Of a stretch of DNA of 64,000 nucleotides, positions 54,479 to 64,000 are shown in pieces. A program made the translations under genes and the position numbers. This stretch comes from an uncultured Christensenellaceae bacterium (lineage in GTDB: Bacteria; Bacillota; Clostridia; Christensenellales; MGBC116941), in NCBI GenBank assembly GCA_910585035.1, contig CAJUEF010000007.1, positions 1,039-65,038 on the forward strand, read 5' to 3'. The notes below the pieces were generated by a model. That model ran no database searches, was not told the DNA's origin, and saw only the letters and a list, made by a program, of their open reading frames with translations. The first letter of the stretch is position 1; each line of letters begins with the position of its first letter.

Positions 54479-54508
54479 GTTACCTTTCTTTTCTTAAAGA
54501 AAGGTAAC
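54479..54508. repeat. Hairpin repeat element, copy F2 (flank in inverted orientation)
   Basis: 13-bp perfect stem GTTACCTTTCTTT-tctt-AAAGAAAGGTAAC. The flank on the minus strand, AAAGAAACTTAATTACAAAGCAAGATATTAATCC, matches the flank of copy I. Confidence 0.8.
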
Positions 54509-54595
54509 AAAAAATTATTTTCTTTCCCATGTAGATTTTTTAATTAAATGGTGTATAATATAATATACTTGGATAAACTACACGGAGGCGATGGT

Positions 54596-54781
54596 ATGTA
54601 TAAACACATACTTGTAGAAGGAATTTTAAATGATGATAATAAAAGCGTTAAACATGTAAATCAAAAAGGCGTTTGTCAAAAATGCGGCCATTATACTTTT
54701 TTGTCTATGGGAAAGTTTGGAGTTAGAGTTTGCAGCAAATGCAATAATCAGTTTGAAGAAAAAAACAGATATGGTTTTTAA
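54596..54781 (+). CDS. Small zinc-ribbon protein (61 aa)
   Basis: CQKCGH..x17..CSKCNN. GGAGG lies 7 nt before the ATG at 54596. Confidence 0.55.
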   Translation: MYKHILVEGILNDDNKSVKHVNQKGVCQKCGHYTFLSMGKFGVRVCSKCNNQFEEKNRYGF

Positions 54782-55376
54782 ATTTTAACAGATTTATTTT
54801 CTTAAAAATTTTTTAAAATAATCTATTCCTTTTTAGCAAAACAAATTATTTATAATTATATGATAATTTATTTTAAGCTCTGTTGATAAAATCAATAGAG
54901 CCTTTTAATTCTTTATTTTTATGTAGAGTAATATAATCATTGTAAAAGAAAACAAGAGAGCAACGGGCCCTCTTGTTTTCTTTGGTAGGAATTATATATG
55001 ATGATTATTGGGTCTGCAGTCCGTACAGTTGGGTTTCTGCAACAGCCTGCAAGTAGGGTTAGGACAAAAATGATGGGAAGCGTTAATAGGTATATGGGGA
55101 GAACCTATTAACTCACCTTTGCCCTGTATATATATAATAACATAAAACTTTTAAAATGTCTCTATAAATTTTAAAAAAAAATAAAAAAATTTAAAAAAAT
55201 ATATAAATTATCTGCAAAAACATGGATAAAACATATTACAAATCCATAATTTAAACAATAAAAGATAACTTTATATACCAAATTAACCTTTTAACAAAAA
55301 TTTTATCCATTAATTTAGTCAAACGGTTCACTTTATCCTATTATTATTTTTCTTTTTTAATTGTTATAAAATAAAA

Positions 55377-55405
55377 AAAGGAAGAACCATATTGGTTCTT
55401 CCTTT
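55377..55405 (-). terminator. Intrinsic terminator of the PFOR gene
   Basis: Minus strand AAAGGAAGAACC-aauau-GGUUCUUCCUUU followed by a U-run. Confidence 0.85.
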
Positions 55406-55417
55406 AACTTTGTTATT

Positions 55418-58951
<3,534 letters not shown>

Positions 58952-59145
58952 CTATAATTTTATATAATTTATTTGTTTTTTAATTGATGCTTTTTCATTA
59001 TAATATGGATGAAAATATTGTGTCAAATAAAAGTCGTATATTTTAGCAGAATTCAGCTGGATTATATGATTATTGTAAAAATTTATACACAAAATCCATC
59101 ACTGTCCATACTTTAAAATCTATGTAAGCTTTGTATTTGATAAAA

Positions 59146-59200
59146 CCTTTTCCGCTTTTCTTTCCACCTTTTTTTAAAAAGAAAAAGTAAAAGAAATAGC
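59146..59200. repeat. Degenerate hairpin repeat element, copy G
   Basis: CTTTTCCGCTTTTCTTTCCACCTTTTTTT / AAAAAGAAAAAGTAAAAGAAA. The arms are imperfect and only the central ~6-8 bp pair. Confidence 0.4.
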
Positions 59201-59248
59201 GCTTGTTATCGCAAAAACTGGTTATAATAACCTCAATAAATTTTTAAA

Positions 59249-60175
59249 TTAAATTTCAAGGCTGGCGCTGTCCAAATCATATGGCGTAGTCTGATAAACG
59301 TAATAATTAAGCCAGTTGGAAAACAGCAGACTTGCATGAGCGCGCCAAGTCATCATAGGCGTTTTGGATGGGTCGTCGCCAGGAAAGTAGTTACATGGAA
59401 CATCCGGCTCCAGCCCCTTTGCCACATCTCTTTGATATTCTTTCTTCAGCGTATCCACGTCATATTCCGAGTGACCGGTTACAAACACGTGCTTGCCGTT
59501 TTTGCTGGTTATAATATGGCATCCTGCTTCCTTGGAAAATGTAAGCAGCTCCAGCTTTTCACAGGATAGCACAGCCTCTTTGTCTATTCCCGTGTACCTG
59601 CTGTGAGGTGCATAAAAAAAATCGTCAAAGCCTCTTACCAGCGGCGCTTGGGGATTTAACACACTGTGTTTATAAACTCCTGACAGCTTCTTTTCAAGCT
59701 CGTGCTTTTCAACGCCGTAATGATAATAAAGCCCCGCCTGAGCCGCCCAGCAAATATACATAGTGGAAAAAACGTGATGCTTAGCCCATTTCATTATGGT
59801 TTCCAGCTCATCCCAGTAGCGGACTTCTTCAAAATCCATCTTTTCCACAGGTGCGCCTGTAATTATCATTCCGTCATATTTAATATCCTTTATTTCGTCA
59901 AAGGTGTGATAAAATTCGTCCATATGCTCTTTGCTTACGTGCCGCGGCGTGTGACTTGCGGTTATAAGCAGTGTCGGCTCGATTTGCAGCGGAGTGTTGC
60001 CTATAACCCGCAAAAGCTGAGTTTCTGTCACAATTTTTGTTGGCATAAGGTTTAAAATGAGTATACGCAGCGGACGTATATCCTGGCTGCTCGCCCTTGT
60101 TTCATCCATTACAAAAATATTTTCAGATTGAAGAACAGAGGAAGCAGGCAGGTTTTTAGGTATTTTTACAGGCAT
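59249..60175 (-). CDS. metA: Homoserine O-acyltransferase (MetA family)
   Basis: [23 protein letters not shown] and an active-site region ..YICWAAQ... Start moved to the internal ATG that matches the usual MetA N-terminus. Confidence 0.9.
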   Translation of the reverse strand: MPVKIPKNLPASSVLQSENIFVMDETRASSQDIRPLRILILNLMPTKIVTETQLLRVIGNTPLQIEPTLLITASHTPRHVSKEHMDEFYHTFDEIKDIKYDGMIITGAPVEKMDFEEVRYWDELETIMKWAKHHVFSTMYICWAAQAGLYYHYGVEKHELEKKLSGVYKHSVLNPQAPLVRGFDDFFYAPHSRYTGIDKEAVLSCEKLELLTFSKEAGCHIITSKNGKHVFVTGHSEYDVDTLKKEYQRDVAKGLEPDVPCNYFPGDDPSKTPMMTWRAHASLLFSNWLNYYVYQTTPYDLDSASLEI

Positions 60176-60352
60176 TATTTTTTCCCTTTCGACTTTTTTC
60201 AAAATTGTTATACGGATATTATACTACTAAGCAATGTAAATGCAATAGATTATAAATCAAAGCCGCAAATAAAATTGTTTTTTTCTGGGTAAAATATCCT
60301 TGATATTTTTGTATAAAACTGCTTACAATTTGAAAGGGGATAAGTTAAATTA

Positions 60353-61597
60353 ATGAAGCTTTTAATAGATAAGAGCAGAGATTTACAGGGTAAAATAACA
60401 ATTCACGGCTGCAAAAATTCCATACTTCCCATAATGGCGGCAAGCCTTCTGACAAAAAAAGAAGTTGTTTTGCTGGACATACCCCATATATCCGATGTGG
60501 AAGTAATGATTAAAATAATGACAGCCCTTGGCTCAAAGATAAAAAGAGAAGGCCGGGTGCTGATAATTAATAATGAAAACATAAACCCGGGGAAAATCGC
60601 CTCGGCGGATATGAGCAAAATCCGTGGCTCTTCTCTAATTTTAGGACCGCTCCTTGCAAGAGTAAAATTTGCAAAAATGGTTTTTCCCGGTGGCTGCAAA
60701 ATAGGCAAGCGCCCTATAGACCTGCATCTGGACGGCGTGCGTAAGCTCGGCGCAAAGGTTGATATAGAAGGAGAGCTTATAACCGTAAAGGGAAATTTAA
60801 AGCCCTGCACCCTGCGGCTGGATTTCCCCAGCGTTGGCGCAACTGAAAATCTTATGATGGCGGCGGTATTTACGGCGGGATATACCAAAATCGAAAACGC
60901 AGCCAGAGAGCCGGAAATATACGACCTTGGCAAATTCCTGAACCAAACGGGCGCAAGAGTGTTCGGTCACGGCACGGATACTATTATAATAGAAGGAGTT
61001 AAAACGGTTTACGGCGGAGTATACACTCCAATGCCCGACAGGATTGAGGCGGGAACATATATGATAGGCGTTGCAGGCTGCGGCGGCGACGTGCTTTTTG
61101 AAAACGTAAATCCAAGACACCTTAATCCCCTCACTTTTAAACTAAGGCAGATGGGAATAAATGTCACGCCTTATTATAACGCTGTTAGAATAAAATCCAA
61201 AGGCAGTTTTTCAGGCTCAAACATTATATGTATGCCCCATCCCGGCTTTCCCACAGACCTCCAAGCGCCTATGTGTTCTCTTTTTGCCATTGCAGGGGGT
61301 GAAAGCCTGGTGACGGATAAAGTGTTTTCCAGCCGCTTTGTTCACACTAAGGAACTTAACAAAATGGGAGCAAACATAAAGCTATCGGGAAACACCGCCA
61401 GAATAAAGGGCGTTGAGGAGCTTACAGGCGGTGAAGTTGAAGCCGCCGACCTGCGCGGCGGCGGCGCTCTTATGCTTGCAGGCATGTTCGCCTCTGGACA
61501 TACGGTGATAAGCGGTGTAAAGTATATAAATAGAGGCTACGGAGATTATGTGGAAAAATTAAGAGGCGTGGGGGTTAAAATAAAGGCGGCATATTAA
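60353..61597 (+). CDS. murA: UDP-N-acetylglucosamine 1-carboxyvinyltransferase
   Basis: HGCKNSILPIMAASLL and the catalytic loop PGGCKIGKRPIDLH. Confidence 0.93.
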   Translation: MKLLIDKSRDLQGKITIHGCKNSILPIMAASLLTKKEVVLLDIPHISDVEVMIKIMTALGSKIKREGRVLIINNENINPGKIASADMSKIRGSSLILGPLLARVKFAKMVFPGGCKIGKRPIDLHLDGVRKLGAKVDIEGELITVKGNLKPCTLRLDFPSVGATENLMMAAVFTAGYTKIENAAREPEIYDLGKFLNQTGARVFGHGTDTIIIEGVKTVYGGVYTPMPDRIEAGTYMIGVAGCGGDVLFENVNPRHLNPLTFKLRQMGINVTPYYNAVRIKSKGSFSGSNIICMPHPGFPTDLQAPMCSLFAIAGGESLVTDKVFSSRFVHTKELNKMGANIKLSGNTARIKGVEELTGGEVEAADLRGGGALMLAGMFASGHTVISGVKYINRGYGDYVEKLRGVGVKIKAAY

Positions 61598-61623
61598 AGC
61601 CGCCCCTTTAATATCAATGTAAT

Positions 61624-62541
61624 ATGGATAGAGATATTTTTTTAAAAAGAGTGCTGCCGACAATATGCTTTGTTGCGATTATAATATTTTCTATGTATAT
61701 GTATAATCCGCAAAAAAATTATATTAGAATGGAAGTGCTTCCACAAGTGGATAAGACGGATACAAGGTCAATAAAAGTGCTGGTGGATGATAAAATACAG
61801 GAAATGGGGCTGGAGGAATACTTAGTGCATGTGGTTGCCGGCGAAATGTATCCCGATTACCACATAGAGGCCCTTAAAGCCCAGGCGGTTACCGCCCGTA
61901 CATATACATATAAAAAGCTGCAGTCCGGCGGCTGCGGCAATAAAGGCGCACAAATATGCGACGATATAAATCACTGTCAGGCTTATGCCGCAAGCATACC
62001 TGCTGAACATAAAGAGAGAATGGAATATGCGGTTTATTCCACCAAAGACGAAATTATTACTTATGAAGGAAAACCCATTACCGCACTTTTTCACAGCACC
62101 TCAGGTGGGATGACCGAGGATAACATTAACGTCTTTGGCGAAAATCTTCCTTATTTAAAAAGTGTTATAAGCCAGGGCGAAGAAGGCACCCCAAGATACC
62201 GCCAGCGTGAATCCTTTTCCATTGAGGAGATAAAGGAAAAGGCAAAAGCCGAAGGTAATACAATAAAAGTTATTGAAAGGCTGCCAACCGGCAGGGTGCG
62301 CAGTGTTGACGTTTTCGGAAAGACCATGAGCGGCAAAGAACTCAGGGAACTTTTAGGTCTGTCCTCTGCCAATTTTGAAATAAGCGTTAGCGGTGATAAC
62401 GTGGTATTTACCACAACGGGTTACGGTCACGGCGTTGGTCTTAGCCAGGTGGGCGCTAATTACATGGCAAAGCAGGGCAGTACATACGATGAAATAATTA
62501 AACACTATTATACAGGGGTTGAATTATCTAAAATCCAATAA
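61624..62541 (+). CDS. spoIID: Stage II sporulation protein D (lytic transglycosylase)
   Basis: EEYL..VVAGEM, AQAVTARTY, ALFHSTSGGMTE and GHGVGLSQ motifs. Confidence 0.88.
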   Translation: MDRDIFLKRVLPTICFVAIIIFSMYMYNPQKNYIRMEVLPQVDKTDTRSIKVLVDDKIQEMGLEEYLVHVVAGEMYPDYHIEALKAQAVTARTYTYKKLQSGGCGNKGAQICDDINHCQAYAASIPAEHKERMEYAVYSTKDEIITYEGKPITALFHSTSGGMTEDNINVFGENLPYLKSVISQGEEGTPRYRQRESFSIEEIKEKAKAEGNTIKVIERLPTGRVRSVDVFGKTMSGKELRELLGLSSANFEISVSGDNVVFTTTGYGHGVGLSQVGANYMAKQGSTYDEIIKHYYTGVELSKIQ

Positions 62542-62554
62542 GCAGGTATTAATT

Positions 62555-62582
62555 CCAAAGGTATTGGCAAAAATACCTTTGG
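62555..62582 (+). other. Stem-loop overlapping the RBS of the following M23 gene
   Basis: CCAAAGGTATT-ggcaaa-AATACCTTTGG. The 3' arm runs into GGAGGTG, the RBS for the ATG at 62594. Confidence 0.55.
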
Positions 62583-62593
62583 AGGTGTAAAAC

Positions 62594-63292
62594 ATGAACG
62601 CTAAGCAAAGGATAATGAGCTTTTTGGATAAGCAGGGCTTTTATATCGTGCTTGCTCTTTGTTTAGTGGTTATTTCCGTAACTGCCATATTATCTCTGAC
62701 TAATGATAAAAGCGCCGACGATCAGGCGCAAACCCCGCCTGAAAGCCAGGTGCAGGAAGAGGATCAGGGTCAGCAGGCAAACTATGCCGGTGAAAATATG
62801 GTTATGGAGGACGTGACCACAAGCGAGCAAACAAAGGAAGCAACCGAGAAAAAGGCAGAGCCTAAGCTTTCCCTTGCAAGACCTGTTCAGGGCGATGTTA
62901 TTATGGAATTTGCAAACGACAAGCTGCTCTATAACAGCACGTTAAAGCAATGGACCACTCATGACGGAATTGATATTGCCGCCGCAGAGGGAACCCCTGT
63001 TAAAGCCGCTCTTGGCGGCACTGTGGAATCAGTTTCGCAGGACGCTCTTATGGGACAAACCATAGTGCTTTCCCATGAAAACGGATATAAAACCATTTAT
63101 TCCAATCTCGCAAAGGAATTAAGCGTGGCTCAGGGTGATAAAGTTTCTAAAGACCAGGAAATAGGCAAGGTTGGCAAAACCGCCATAAGCGAGTTCGACC
63201 AAGAAGCCCACATTCATTTCGGGCTTGTTTCCGGTGACCGCAAATTGAACCCAATGGAGTTTATGAGCGGTATTAAAGTAAAATCAAAATAA
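62594..63292 (+). CDS. Membrane-anchored M23/LytM-domain protein, SpoIIQ-like by position
   Basis: N-terminal TM segment. LytM motifs HDGIDIAA and HIHFGL. The gene order murA-spoIID-M23 matches that around clostridial spoIIQ. Confidence 0.7.
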   Translation: MNAKQRIMSFLDKQGFYIVLALCLVVISVTAILSLTNDKSADDQAQTPPESQVQEEDQGQQANYAGENMVMEDVTTSEQTKEATEKKAEPKLSLARPVQGDVIMEFANDKLLYNSTLKQWTTHDGIDIAAAEGTPVKAALGGTVESVSQDALMGQTIVLSHENGYKTIYSNLAKELSVAQGDKVSKDQEIGKVGKTAISEFDQEAHIHFGLVSGDRKLNPMEFMSGIKVKSK

Positions 63293-63339
63293 CAGGTATA
63301 CTTAAAAGGGCTGCACATCCCTGGAATTTCAGTCATTTT

Positions 63340-63376
63340 AAACAGGCGCATAAAACATGCGTCTGTTTTATTTTTT
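63340..63376 (+). terminator. Intrinsic terminator
   Basis: AAACAGGCGCAT-aaaac-ATGCGTCTGTTT followed by TATTTTTTT. Confidence 0.8.
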
Positions 63377-63390
63377 TGCTTTCTCTTTTA

Positions 63391-63441
63391 CTTTTTCCTA
63401 CTTCTCTTTTTAAAAAAAGAGAAGTAGCAAGAGAAAAACTA
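63391..63441. repeat. Hairpin repeat element, copy H (core stem 63398-63427)
   Basis: CTACTTCTCTTTTT / AAAAAGAGAAGTAG with flank CAAGAGAAAAACTAATTACTAAACAAGATATT. Matches copy A at 50 of 51 nt. Confidence 0.85.
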
Positions 63442-63587
63442 ATTACTAAACAAGATATTTTTACTGCATTTTACGATTAAGGAGAAATGACAAAATGAAT
63501 AAAAGCCTGCAAAATCACAGGCTTTCATTCATTCCGACAAGACAGGTGATAGCCATGTCAGAAAGCTACATATTATTACTTTTACCA

Positions 63588-63650
63588 TTACTTTTCTTTT
63601 TTAAAAAAAAGAAAAGTAACAAAAGAAAAAACTAATTACAAAATAAGATA
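63588..63650. repeat. Hairpin repeat element, copy I (core stem 63588-63619)
   Basis: TTACTTTTCTTTT / AAAAGAAAAGTAA with flank CAAAAGAAAAAACTAATTACAAAATAAGATATTTAAACC. Confidence 0.8.
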
Positions 63651-63677
63651 TTTAAACCGGTAAACAATTTATTGTTT

Positions 63678-63923
63678 TTAATCCAATAAATCCTCGTATT
63701 TAACGCCTAAAGTTTTTGCAATAACTTTAAGTTCTATATCTGTTACAAACCTTTTTCCGCTTTCTATCCTTTGAACAGCATTTTTATCAACTTCAATTCC
63801 ATTTACTTGTAACATTTCAGCAAATTTACTTTGAGACACATGGGATCCAAGATTTTTTCTAAACATTTCAACCTTTTTGCCGCTAATATTGTTTCTGCCA
63901 TCTTCAGCTTTGTTTTTATACAT
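63678..63923 (-). CDS. Small XRE-family HTH protein
   Basis: ..SQSKFAEMLQVNGIEVDKNAVQRIESGKRFVTDIELKVIAKTLGV.. Start at the ATG 6 nt after GGAGA. Confidence 0.7.
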   Translation of the reverse strand: MYKNKAEDGRNNISGKKVEMFRKNLGSHVSQSKFAEMLQVNGIEVDKNAVQRIESGKRFVTDIELKVIAKTLGVKYEDLLD

Positions 63924-64000
63924 ATCAATTCTCCAAATTTTAACATTCACTGCTTGTCATATTTAACATTATATGATAAACTAATGTTAATTTGACATTT

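Noticed and set aside
54998-55111. Possible 37-aa ORF (MMIIGSAVRTVGFLQQPASRVRTKMMGSVNRYMGRTY) or small structured RNA between the zinc-ribbon gene and the PFOR terminator
   Set aside because: The RBS is weak and the composition non-descript. Only one 8-bp hairpin (TAATAGGT..ACCTATTA) is present. The evidence is insufficient for either call.
63497-63640. 47-aa ORF (MNKSLQNH...LLLLPLLFFFKKKKSNKRKN) with an AAGGAG RBS between repeat copies H and I
   Set aside because: Its C-terminal third is a read-through of hairpin copy I, and an internal terminator-like hairpin (AAAGCCTG..CAGGCTTT) lies within it. It is more likely non-coding, though Ribo-seq could revisit this.

Overview
AT-rich chromosomal segment that looks like an endospore-forming Firmicute (Clostridia-like). 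All functional calls come from motifs recognised by eye; no database search, HMM scan or RNA folding was run. The backbone is housekeeping: aroE, nrdDG, addAB, Bacillus-type dnaB/dnaI, metG, tatD, rsmI, recF, gpsA, purA, pyruvate:ferredoxin oxidoreductase, metA and murA. Sporulation genes are spmAB, spoIID, a SpoIIQ-like M23 protein and two DUF1540 genes. Transporters are MetNIQ, a polar amino-acid ABC system, a ZnuBC-like pair, KtrAB, a CsoR-type repressor with a P1B ATPase, and MscL. Oxidative-stress genes are perR, rubrerythrin and a mini-rubredoxin. RNA genes are tRNA-Ser(UGA), tRNA-Thr(GGU), tRNA-Ser(GGA) and a large Bacillus-type SRP RNA. I saw no CRISPR array, transposase or integrase. 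The least explained signals are: (1) a dispersed family of 13 or more intergenic homopyrimidine/homopurine hairpin elements with compensatory stem changes and a conserved flank, including a ~124-bp tandem triplication upstream of dnaB/dnaI and two copies identical at 50 of 51 positions 46 kb apart; (2) a promoter, then a 28-codon Met/Cys-rich mini-ORF, then an intrinsic terminator, upstream of metQNI where an S-box would be expected; (3) an accessory-looking left end holding an XRE regulator, a perfect 20-bp palindromic operator candidate, a two-gene cassette of unknown function, and a secreted-protein/membrane-protein pair; (4) paralogous three-hairpin modules with a CU-rich anti-Shine-Dalgarno-like 12-mer directly 3' of two tRNA contexts, one beside a 16-bp duplicate of the tRNA-Ser 3' end.
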